Shown: positions 8,430-17,935 of the stretch, one piece after another
Layout of the letters: each line of letters starts with the position of its first letter
How positions within the stretch are numbered: the first letter of the stretch is position 1
DNA from: Prasinococcaceae sp. CCMP 1430
Taxonomy: Eukaryota > Plantae > Prasinodermophyta
Direction: 5' to 3'
NCBI GenBank assembly: GCA_013416795.1
Contig: RQSC01000034.1
Span: forward strand, 1-18,108
Length of the DNA stretch: 18,108 nucleotides
Program-made: the position numbers and the translations under genes
The notes under the pieces: generated by a model
Told to the model about the DNA's origin: nothing
Databases searched by the model: none
Seen by the model: the letters and a program-made list of their open reading frames with translations, nothing else

Positions 8430-8769
8430 TGCCTCGAGCAGCACGGCCGCCACGTGGTCGAAGGGGCCGCCATGACGATGGGCGAGGGGATCGAGCCGTC
8501 GTGGCTGCACCTCGAAGCCTCGGCGGCGACGTCGCGCCACCACAATCTCCATAATCAGCACGAGCTGATTGGAATGCTCGCGCGAACACTGGCCGCCGGC
8601 GGCCTCCCTGGCCGCCTGCCTCGCCTCGGCGGCGCTCGGCCGCCACTCGCCCTCCCAGGCGAGCAGCGGCCGCGGCCGCGGCGACCGCTGCGCCCAGTAG
8701 TCGACGCAAGCGCGCGATTGGTGGGACTGCGGGGCCACCTTGAGGGTGGCCCCGCAGTGCTGCGCGCGC
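8430..8769. other. Possible coding exon of undetermined strand
   Basis: The open frames 8454-8864(+) and 8265-8738(-) share one codon register with GC-rich positions 1 and 3. The + option has gccgccATG at 8472 and a GTGCG donor at 8770; the - option has a GCTGAC at 8782-8777 and a CAG at 8762-8760. Confidence 0.25.
8726..8758. repeat. Perfect 14-bp inverted repeat with a 5-nt loop
   Basis: ACTGCGGGGCCACC (8726-8739), TTGAG, GGTGGCCCCGCAGT (8745-8758). Confidence 0.9.
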
Positions 8770-8797
8770 GTGCGCGGTCAGCCGACGACAAGCGCGC

Positions 8798-8805
8798 GCG
8801 CGAAA
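8798..8805 (-). promoter_or_regulatory. E2F-like site TTTCGCGC upstream of RAD5
   Basis: Matches the TTTSSCGC consensus and lies near an AT-richer patch (8815-8880). The motif is short and also occurs elsewhere in the window (5378-5385). Confidence 0.2.
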
Positions 8806-8968
8806 GCTCCCACGTCCGAATTTCGCTCGAATTTCAGGGGAAAATCCCAAAATTCCCCGGATAGTTTCGGTCGTCTTCCCGCTCACGCTGGCGCTCGCTG
8901 GCGCTGGCTGGCGCGGCGCGCGCGCGGCCGGCGAGGCTCGAGCGCTTCGCGCGGCCCGGAATTCGCGC

Positions 8969-9894
8969 NNNNNNNNNNNNNNNNNNNNNNNNNNNNNNNN
9001 NNNNNNNNNNNNNNNNNNNNNNNNNNNNNNNNNNNNNNNNNNNNNNNNNNNNNNNNNNNNNNNNNNNNNNNNNNNNNNNNNNNNNNNNNNNNNNNNNNNN
9101 NNNNNNNNNNNNNNNNNNNNNNNNNNNNNNNNNNNNNNNNNNNNNNNNNNNNNNNNNNNNNNNNNNNNNNNNNNNNNNNNNNNNNNNNNNNNNNNNNNNN
9201 NNNNNNNNNNNNNNNNNNNNNNNNNNNNNNNNNNNNNNNNNNNNNNNNNNNNNNNNNNNNNNNNNNNNNNNNNNNNNNNNNNNNNNNNNNNNNNNNNNNN
9301 NNNNNNNNNNNNNNNNNNNNNNNNNNNNNNNNNNNNNNNNNNNNNNNNNNNNNNNNNNNNNNNNNNNNNNNNNNNNNNNNNNNNNNNNNNNNNNNNNNNN
9401 NNNNNNNNNNNNNNNNNNNNNNNNNNNNNNNNNNNNNNNNNNNNNNNNNNNNNNNNNNNNNNNNNNNNNNNNNNNNNNNNNNNNNNNNNNNNNNNNNNNN
9501 NNNNNNNNNNNNNNNNNNNNNNNNNNNNNNNNNNNNNNNNNNNNNNNNNNNNNNNNNNNNNNNNNNNNNNNNNNNNNNNNNNNNNNNNNNNNNNNNNNNN
9601 NNNNNNNNNNNNNNNNNNNNNNNNNNNNNNNNNNNNNNNNNNNNNNNNNNNNNNNNNNNNNNNNNNNNNNNNNNNNNNNNNNNNNNNNNNNNNNNNNNNN
9701 NNNNNNNNNNNNNNNNNNNNNNNNNNNNNNNNNNNNNNNNNNNNNNNNNNNNNNNNNNNNNNNNNNNNNNNNNNNNNNNNNNNNNNNNNNNNNNNNNNNN
9801 NNNNNNNNNNNNNNNNNNNNNNNNNNNNNNNNNNNNNNNNNNNNNNNNNNNNNNNNNNNNNNNNNNNNNNNNNNNNNNNNNNNNNNNNNNNNNN
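8969..9894. other. Assembly gap (926 N)
   Basis: Run of N; probably contains the RAD5 start. Confidence 1.
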
Positions 9895-12800
9895 CGTCGC
9901 CCTGGCCGCCGCACGGCCGCGGCGGCGTGCGCCTCGGGCGGTGGGTCGTGCGCGCGACCTCCACCACGAAGGGCCGCGGGTACCTGCGCGCGGGAGACCC
10001 CGTGACGCTGCGCTTCCCCGACCCGCCGCCGCAAGCCGGCGCGGGCGCCAAGGCTTCCAAAGGGGCGGGCAAGGGCAAGGGCAAGGGCAAGGGCAAGGGC
10101 GGCGCCCTGCCGAGGAAACGCATGGAGATCATCCGCTTCGCGAACAGGGGCGGGTACGAGGTGGGCCGCCTCCCGGGCGACGCGCGGCCGCTCATCGCGC
10201 TGCACGACGCGGGGCACGTGGCGGTGCGGGCGACGGCGCTCGAATGCACCGAGCCCCTCGAGATCATGGCGACCATCACGCTCGTGATCGAGGTCTCGGG
10301 CACGCCCAAGCTCTTCCGCGAGGCGGCCGCGTGCTCGGCGGCCACGGCGGGGCCGTCGGGCGGGGTGTTTGGCGGCGGCGGCGCGGGCGCGGGCGCCATG
10401 CCCAGCGCCAGCTCCTCCATCAACGTGCAGAAGGCGCCCATCACGAGGGTGCTCGAGCTGTGCGGCCTGCGCCCCTCCGCGAAGGCCGACTTCACGCCGG
10501 AGGCCTTCGAGGCACAGCGCAAGCGCGCGCTCGACGCGGCCGCCGCCGCGTCGCCGCTGCCGCCGCCGAAGCGCGCGTCGCCGCAGCACCCGGCGCTGCC
10601 AGCCCCTGCCGACGTCGCAGGGGGCGACGCCCTCGAGGAGGCGCACGCCCGCGAGGCGCGCGCCGACGCAGAGATCCAGCACGCGGCCATGGCGTCGCTC
10701 AGCCGGAGCAAGGAGCTCGAGGGGCGCGCGCTGCCTCGCGCGGAGCAGCCCGCCGACATGTGCTCCCCGCTGCGCGGCTACCAGCTGCAGGCGCTGCACT
10801 TCATGCTGGGGCGCGAGCAGGGAGAGGAGTGCGCCGACAAGCTGCACCCCTCCTGGGAGGAGTACACGGTGGGAGACGACGTGGGGACGGGCGGCGGCGG
10901 CCCCACGCGCTTCTATCACAACGTCTTCACGGGGGAGTGCTCGCTCGAGTTTCAGTCGGCCACGCGCGCCACGCGCGGGGGCATCCTCGCGGACTCGATG
11001 GGCCTGGGCAAGACCGTGGAGACCATCGCGCTGCTGGTGGCGGCGAGGCCCCCGCCGGCCAAGGAGCGGAGGGAGGCGCTGGCGGCCGAGCTCGCCAGGC
11101 CCCAGGCCGCCGCGGCGCCCGCGGCAATCAAGAGCCCGCTCAACTCGATGTTCGCGAAGGCCGCCGACGCGAGCGGCGCCGCCAGGCCCAAGCCCGCGCA
11201 GGTGCGCTTCGGCGGCACGCTGGTGGTGTGCCCCATGTCGCTGCTCGGGCAGTGGCGCGACGAGATCGAGCGGCACGTCCGCGGCGGCGCGCTGCGCGTC
11301 GTGGTGTACTACGGGAGCGATCGCAACACCAAGGGCGCGGGCGTTCGCGCGCTCATCGATGCCGACGTGGTCCTCACCACGTTCGGCGTGCTCGGCTCGG
11401 AGCTGAAGGGGGGCGTCGGCGGCGGAAGCGATGGGGGCGCGCAGCCGGGCGAAGCGCCGGCGAGCGACGGCGCCGCTGCCTGGCCGCCGCCGCGCAGCGG
11501 GCCGCTCTTGCATGTGCGCTGGTGGCGGGTGGTCCTGGACGAGGCGCACTCGATCAAGGGGCGGGGCACCGTGTCGCAGCGCGCCGCCTGCGCGCTGGCC
11601 GCCGAGCGGCGGTGGTGTCTGACGGGCACGCCCATACAGAACTCGCTCGAGGACCTGTACTCGCTGCTCAAGTTCCTGCGAGTGGAGCCGTGGTGCCACT
11701 GGGGCTGGTGGAGCCGCCTCATCCAGGCGCCGAACGAGGCTGGGGACACGCGCGCCTTGCACCTGCTGCGCGGCCTGCTGGTGCCGCTCGCGCTGCGGCG
11801 CACGAAGGACACGCTGGGGGCGGACGGCGCACCCATCCTGTCGTTGCCGCCAGCCGACGTGCAACTGCTCGAGCTGGAACCCACGCCCGAGGAGCGCGAC
11901 TTCTACCAGGCGCTCTACAAGCGCTCCAAGACCGAGTTCGACACCTTCGTCGAGCAGGGGCGCGTGCTGCACGAGTACGCGCACGTGCTCGAGCTGCTGC
12001 TGCGCCTGCGACAGTGCTGCAACCACCCTTTCCTGGTCATGTCGCGCGCGGACACCGCCAATGCCCTCGGCAAGGTGGCCAAGGCGTTCATGGGCAACAA
12101 GTCCAAACACGTGCCCCCGCCCCCGCCCAACGTGCCGGCACAGGAGCGACGGGAAAGGCAGGCGGAGGAGCGGCCGCAGCGGCCGGAGCCGTCGAGGGGG
12201 CAGGGCCAGGACGACGCGTCGGCCAACGGGCGGCGGCGCAGCGGCGGAGGGGGTGCCGCGCGTGCGCCTACGCCCGGCACCCGCCGGTCGACTAGGCGCA
12301 CCAGCACTGGCCGCTACGCCACGCGCGCATCACTCGATGCCGACGGAGGCGACGCCGCCGCTTCTCAGGGCGACGAGCATCGCGACGTCTCGCAGGCCGA
12401 GCGCGGCGCCGGCGCTGGCAGCGACAGGGACAGCGACAAGGCCAACGACAGGGACAGCGACTTCGACGTGCGCGTGGAGGAGAGCGATGGCGCCTCCGAG
12501 GGGGACGGATCCGGTGGCTCGGACTCCGACTTCGTCCCGGGCGGTGGCGCCAAGGGTAAGGGGTCTAATAAGAACCGACGCGGCAGCAGCGGCGGGGGAA
12601 CGAGCCGTGGCGGGGCGGCCCGAGGAGCTAGCGCGCCCGGGTCTGCTGACGGCGAGGAGGGCGCCTGCGCCGGCCCGACGTCCGCCTACGCCGTCGAGGT
12701 GGTGAAGGAGATCCAGGCGGCGCTGGCAGAGGGCAAGCCGTACGATTGTCCGATCTGCATGGACACCGCCGACGACCCTGTGATCACGCCGTGCGCGCAC

Positions 12801-13508
12801 GTCACCTGCCGCGAGTGCCTGCTGCAGTACTGGGCGTCGCAGCGCGGCACGGGCGGGGCGCGGCCCAAGGGCGGCTCGTGCCCCACATGCCGCGCGGAGG
12901 TGGCCTCGTCTGAGCTCATGGCCGCGCCCACGGGCAGTCGCTTTCGCGTGGACATAGAGGGCCAGTGGCGCTCCTCGGCCAAAGTGACCGCGCTCTTCGA
13001 GGAGCTGTCCACGCTCGGGTCTGAGAAGGCGGTGGTGTTCTCGCAGTGGACGTCATTCCTCGACCTGCTCGAGGTGGCGTTCAGGCGAGACGAGCGCGCG
13101 CCGCGAGGCGTGCGCCTTGCGCGCCTCGACGGCGGCGTGGTCCAGGCGCGGCGCGAGGCCCTGCTGCGCGACTTCGCGGAGGCCGACGGACCCAACGTGC
13201 TGCTCATCAGCCTCAAGGCCGGCGGGACGGGGCTCAACCTGACCTCAGCCACGCGCTGCTACCTGATGGACCCGTGGTGGAACCCGGCCGTGGAGGATCA
13301 GGCCATCCACCGGCTGCACCGCGTGGGCCAGACCCGGCCGGTGCGCGTGCGGCGGCTCGTGGTGCGCGACAGCGTCGAGCGGCGCATGCTCGACGTGCAG
13401 GCGCGCAAGGGCGCCATCGTCGACGGCGCGCTCAACGCCGCCGCGAGGGACGGCGACCGCGACGCGCGCGCCAGGCGCATAGAGGAGCTCAAGAGCCTCT
13501 TCCGATGA
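9895..13508 (+). CDS. RAD5: RAD5/RAD5A-like DNA repair protein (HIRAN, SNF2 ATPase, RING, helicase C); 5' partial
   Basis: HIRAN-like STTKGR...IIRF...EVGRLP; SNF2 motifs GGILADSMGLGKT, RVVLDEAH, WCLTGTPIQN, LRLRQCCNHP; RING CPICMD...PCAH..C..C...CPTCR; helicase C motifs VVFSQW, LISLKAGGTGLNLT, DPWWNPAVEDQAIHRLHRVGQ. The frame is open from the gap to TGA at 13506-13508. Confidence 0.95.
10071..10100 (+). repeat. (AAGGGC)5 coding repeat, giving KG x5 in a HIRAN loop
   Basis: Five perfect hexamers. Confidence 0.9.
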
Positions 13509-13546
13509 GCGGCCGGACGCGACGTGCGCCGTGCGCGGTATGTCAC

Positions 13547-13568
13547 AAACCCTAAATAAAACCCTTAA
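13547..13568 (+). promoter_or_regulatory. Telo-box-like pair AAACCCTAAA / AAAACCCTTAA with an overlapping AATAAA
   Basis: AT-rich island about 40 nt after the RAD5 stop; contains the plant-type telomere unit CCCTAAA and a degenerate second copy. Confidence 0.4.
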
Positions 13569-13719
13569 TAAGCCTCTCTGAGAGCGGCGTGCGCCGCCAG
13601 CAGGGCGCCACGCAGGGCGCCGGCGTCGGGGCGTGCCACTGCGTGCGTGCGCCCGGGGCGCGCTCGGCGGCGGTGCGCGCTTCGATCTCGGCGCGCTGGC
13701 GGGTCTCGGTGTTGAGCGC

Positions 13720-13953
13720 GTCGATCAGCCCGGCGAGCTGGCGGGCGGGCCAGCGCTTCTCGTCGAGATCGGCGGCGAGGATCAGCTGCTTGATCAGGCG
13801 GAGCTGGTCGTCGGTATCGAGGATGGTGAAGTTGCTCTGCAGCCCGACCAGCTCGGCATGGCGGCGCAGCATCTTGGCGCCGATCGCATGGAAGGTGCCG
13901 AGCCAGGGCATGCCCTCGACCGCAGCGCCGACGAGGCGGCCGACGCGCTCCTT
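13720..13953 (-). pseudogene. uvrD: Internal 78-codon fragment of a bacterial UvrD/PcrA (SF1) helicase, alphaproteobacterial (sphingomonad-like)
   Basis: KERVGRLVGAAVEGMPWLGTFHAIGAKMLRRHAELVGLQSNFTILDTDDQLRLIKQLILAADLDEKRWPARQLAGLID contains UvrD motif Ib (WLGTFH) and the NFTILDTDDQ segment. No stops or frameshifts; similarity ends abruptly at both sides. Confidence 0.85.
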
Positions 13954-15160
13954 ATCGCGCCGGAGGGCGCCGTGTCGGCGCAGTGGCTGCGCGGCGCGCT
14001 CGCGGCGGAGGGCGCGGCGCGCGTGCGCGTGCTCGACGCGTCGTGGTTCCTCCCCACGGAGGGCCGCGACCCTCGCGCCGAGCACACCGCCAAGCGCGTG
14101 ACCGGGGCGAAGTTCTTCGACATCGAGGCCATCTCGGATCGCGCGAATCCGCTGCCGCACATGCTTCCCGGCGCCCCCGAGTTCCAGGATGCCGTGCGCG
14201 CGCTCGGCGTGGGTCAGGGCGACTGCGTCGTCGTGTACGATGCGAAGGTCCGTGCGCGGCGCCTCGCGGTGCGCGCGCGTGCGCCTGCGCCGGTGGCGCG
14301 CGCACCCCCGACGCCCGTGACTGCGTTGCCGCCGCACGCGCGCACACCCCCATTGGCGACGCTGACGCGCGGCTCTTCGCTGGCGTCCACGCTCGAAGGG
14401 CCTCTTCAGCGCCGCGCGTGCGTGGTGGATGTTCAGAGTGTTTGGTCACGACAACGTCGCCGTGCTGGATGGGGGCCTCCCGGCGTGGGAGGCCGCGGGC
14501 GGCGAGACCGAGACGGGCGAGGCCGCCGAGGCGCACGCGTCGCCCGAAGCGGTTGAGCCCTTCGTGGCGACGTACGACGCGTCACTCGTCGCCGACCTCG
14601 CGGACGTGCAGGTTGCGCTGGCAAAGGGAAGCGCAGATGCGCTCGTCGTGGACGCGCGCGGCGCCGGGCGCTTTGCAGGCGAGGCGCCGGAGCCGCGGCC
14701 GGGTGTGCGCGCCGGACACATGCCGGGCGCGGCCAACGTGCCCATGACGGCCGTGCTCGGGGAGGACAAGGTGCGGCGCGCGGGCGTGGGGGCAGGCGGC
14801 GGATATGCGCGCGCGCGATAGCGCGTGCGCCAGGCCGCCTCGTGCATAGCTGTGTGCGGGCTTGCTCGCTTCGCTGACGCCCGTGCTGCGTGCGCCCGCG
14901 TTCTTTCCTGTATCGCGCTGCACCGCCAGCGCATCCTGGACGAGGCGGACGTCCGAGCTGCCTTCGAGGGTGCGGGCGCGGCGGGCGCCCTGCCCGGCGG
15001 CGTGCCGGCCATTGCGAGCTGTGGCACGGGCGTCACCGCGTGCGTGTTGGCGCTCGCGCTCTTTCGCCTGGGACGCACGGACGTGGCGGTGTACGATGGC
15101 AGCTGGAGCGAGTGGGGCGCGCGAGAGGACACCGCCGTCGCGACAGGCTCGAGCGACTAG
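13954..15160 (+). CDS. MPST: 3-mercaptopyruvate/thiosulfate sulfurtransferase (two rhodanese domains); exons ~13954-14247, 14399-14770, 14930-15160; start unresolved
   Basis: [32 protein letters not shown]|[25 protein letters not shown], catalytic CGTGVTAC and VYDGSWSEW. Two phase-0 introns (14248-14398, 14771-14929), each with GCTGAC. TAG at 15158-15160. Confidence 0.93.
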
Positions 15161-15186
15161 GAGCGCGCGCGGCTCCAAACGGCGCT

Positions 15187-15200
15187 CCCCTAGCTAGGGG
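15187..15200. repeat. Perfect 14-bp palindrome CCCCTAGCTAGGGG in the MPST 3' region
   Basis: Self-reverse-complementary; a second palindrome TGTACATGTACA lies at 15261-15272. Confidence 0.85.
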
Positions 15201-15333
15201 GTCAACTAGCGCGTGCGAGTGGGCAGTCGCGTGGGCACTAAGAAAGACAGAGTGCACCCTTGTACATGTACATGCGGCAGCGGCCGTGCGAGGACGCCGA
15301 TGCCGAACATGCATCCTAGTCCCTCCGTCAACA

Positions 15334-15338
15334 TGTAA
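15334..15338 (+). terminator. TGTAA poly(A) signal for MPST
   Basis: TGTAA 173 nt after the stop. Confidence 0.5.
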
Positions 15339-15374
15339 AAATGTCGGACGTGTGCTTGATGCGATGTGGGCTTA

Positions 15375-15379
15375 TTACA
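15375..15379 (-). terminator. TGTAA poly(A) signal for the 16772-15454 gene
   Basis: ttaca on the + strand, 74 nt after the TGA at 15456-15454. Confidence 0.5.
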
Positions 15380-15453
15380 GGAGCACCAGCCAGTGCGCAC
15401 CTACATACGTCGCTCTGCTATGCCCATCCATCGAGCACCTGAATACACATCAT

Positions 15454-16772
15454 TCAGCCGAGCACGAGTGCCTTCAGCGTCGAATAGAGCACCGGCAGCT
15501 GCAAGCCGAGGCCAACCTGGGCGATCCTCACGAAGAACTCCGAGAGGGGATAAAGGAATGGAAAAATGTCCGCCTGCACCTCGCTGAGGGTGAGCGTGTA
15601 CAGGCGCTCTGCGGCGGCGCTGTCATCTTCAGAGCCGGGGCCCGACCGCGCTTGCGTCGCCCATCGGTGCGCCAGCAGACGCAACGCCGCGGCGCCATCG
15701 GCCGTCGCGAGCTCCTCCGCGTACTTCGACGCCGCTCGGCGGCCGGCGTCTGCAGCCGCAGAATTGGCAGAAGGCTCGCGCCCCGCCCCCTGCTCCTTCG
15801 CGTGCGCCTCTTGCACCTCTTCGAAGAAAATGAATCCCGCAGCGTTCGTGATGATGTGGCCCAGATAGTTCTCGGTCGTACGCAGCCCGCGGCGCGCCTG
15901 CACCAGGAAGCCCAGCATGGCGAGGGGTGACAGGAACGCGCTGTGCTCCCACAGCAGCGCGAGTTTTTGCATCGGATCCAGCGACAGGATCAGGCCCAGC
16001 ACGGTCTGGTGGTGTTCCGCCGCGACTCCCGCCGCGGACTGCAGCGCGAGGAACGTTTTCAGCACGTCGGTGGTCGTCCAGACGGCGAAGAAGATGCAGC
16101 AGAAGCCTATGTTCCTGCTGAGCTTGCGCATGAGGTCGGCCCCTGCCGCGTCCGTGAGAGCGCGCGCCTCCTCGAGGCTGCGCGGGAGTCGCACGCGCAT
16201 CTCAGGGGGGCCGCGCACGCGGCGCCACGCGGCGCCCAGCGCCGTGGACGGCTCGGCTGGCTGCAACGCCGGCATAGGGGGCGCTTCGACCACCCAACGA
16301 GAGGAGAGCGGGTTGCCCTTTCGGAGACTCCTGCGCATGTCGAGGATGGCACGCGTCGCGCGGTCGACCCATCTGGCCTGTCGCGGTGCCAGTTCAAATT
16401 CGCAGCGCCCGCCCGGATCGCCAGGCGCGTGCACCCGTGGTAGGCGTGTCCGATGGTCGACAACCCGAGTCGCTCCGTTAGCGCAGGCGAACGGCGTTGC
16501 TACTGCAGCACTGTCAGTTCTGGCGACAGAGTGCGACGCACCTTTGCGTCGTCGCTCGTCGCATCGCCTCCGCGGATCGCCTGCCTCTCCAGCTCCGGCT
16601 CGCCACCCGAATCGCGCGGAGCGCCGGTCGCGGCCGCGGCGCAGGCGCGCCGCCGGTGTCTCGCGGCGCATTCGCCGCGATGCGCTCGCCAGTGATGGCG
16701 GCTGGGGCGCGCCTGCGAGGGACGCGACGCCGTTCGCACCGCCGCCGCCCCTGCTGCTGAAATTAAGGGCAT
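15454..16772 (-). CDS. Uncharacterised, probably plastid-targeted membrane protein; exons 16772-16542 and 16377-15454
   Basis: Exon 1 (MPLISAAGAAAVRTASRPSQARPS...) is A/R/S-rich like a transit peptide. AAG|GTGCGT donor and GACAG acceptor define a 164-bp phase-0 intron. Hydrophobic segments IGFCCIFFAVWT, FLSPLAMLGFLV and a hydrophobic C-terminus. Confidence 0.65.
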
Positions 16773-16998
16773 TCTCGGCTTCGACTGCCGCAATAGGCTC
16801 CTCACGCAGCGTGCGCCGTCAGCCCCCAGCCGCCTCTAGAGCTTGAAGCCGAGCGGCCGCGACGACGGAGGGGAGGCTGGGGCAGCGGCGGGAGGAGGGA
16901 GGGCGGGGCACCGGCGCCGGCGCCCACTAGAGCCCGCACAGCAGCGCCGGGCGGCGTCGGTGTGATGCGCGCCGGTACGGAAAATTGCGGGATGCATC

Positions 16999-17015
16999 TT
17001 TTTTTTTTTTTTTTT
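16999..17015. repeat. T17 homopolymer in the IPP-2 / plastid-protein intergenic region
   Basis: 17 consecutive T. Confidence 0.9.
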
Positions 17016-17221
17016 GGCGCACGCGCGTGTGTGTGTGTGCCTCTCCTCCCTGCCGCGCAGTGGGTCGAGCGGGATGAGGGGGGTGGGGGTGGGTGGGGGC
17101 GTTCGCGTCGCGAGCCGCTTCTACCCCGCGCTCGCGGCCCAACGGCTCGCGCGCCGCGCCCTCGCGCGCTCCAGGGAGGCTCTCTTACGCCACGCGCGAG
17201 GAAGCTCGCGCGCGCGCGCGC

Positions 17222-17919
17222 TCACGGCGCGCCCCCGCCCCCGCCGGGCCCCTCGTCGAGCTCGGCCATCTCCTTGGCGAGGAGCGCCCGCGCCTCGCGC
17301 ATGGCGGAGGCCTCGTCGCCGTAGTGCATGCGCCGCACGGCTCGGAAGCCCTCGGCGTGTTCGGCGGCCGCCGCGGCGGCCTCCTCGGCGCTCATCGCGC
17401 GTGGCCCGCCGCCGTCGCTGGCGCCGCCGCCGTCTGCGCCGCCGATGCCGCCGTCGTCGCCGCCGTCGTCCCCGACGGCGCTCCCCTGCTCCTTCCCGCC
17501 CGCCCGCGCGTCGGCGTCCGCCTTCCCCTTGCGTATGGCCTCGTCTTCGAGCTCCTTGAGCCTGCGCTGCAGCTCGTGGGCGGTGTGCTCGTGCGGCGTG
17601 GCGCCTCGCACGTACTCCCGCACGACTGCGCGGTCGCGGTCGCGGGCGGGGGGCGGGCGAGTCAGCCGTCGCCGAGCGCGCGCGCGCCTGCGCGCGCGGG
17701 CACGCGCGTGCGCGCTCGCGAGCGTGGGTGCATGCCCGGTGCGCGCACGAGCGGCGGCAACGCACCTGTCCTTGCTTCCGCCTCCTCGTCCGAGTCGTAG
17801 TACAGGAAGGGCGTGTCCGGGATGTCGATCTTCTGCGTCGCGTACTCGCCCGCCGCGCGCGCCCGCCTGTCGGCCTCTATGGCGGACTCGTCGAAGGACA
17901 CGCCGCGCCGCGGGGACAT
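17222..17919 (-). CDS. PPP1R2: Protein phosphatase 1 inhibitor-2 homologue; exons 17919-17766 and 17625-17222
   Basis: Plant-type N-terminal RGVSFDE (cf. GRVQWDE), KIDIPDTPF (IDEPxTPY motif) and FRAVRRMHY (FxxxRKxHY motif). 140-bp phase-1 intron with GTGCGT donor, GCTGAC at 17666-17661 and CGCAG acceptor. Confidence 0.85.
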
Positions 17920-17935
17920 GGCGCGCCCGCGGCGA

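Noticed and set aside
13552-14337. Full-length uvrD gene on the - strand (261-aa ORF)
   Set aside because: Only 78 codons resemble UvrD; Walker A/B motifs are absent and the flanks are MPST antisense or intergenic sequence.
16999-17015. A17 (on the - strand) as the tail of a retroposed IPP-2
   Set aside because: IPP-2 retains an intron and no target-site duplication is evident; a plain poly(dA:dT) tract is more likely.
7112-17765. Introner-element family among the introns
   Set aside because: The introns share only splice signals and generic GCGC richness; I see no extended mutual similarity or terminal repeats.
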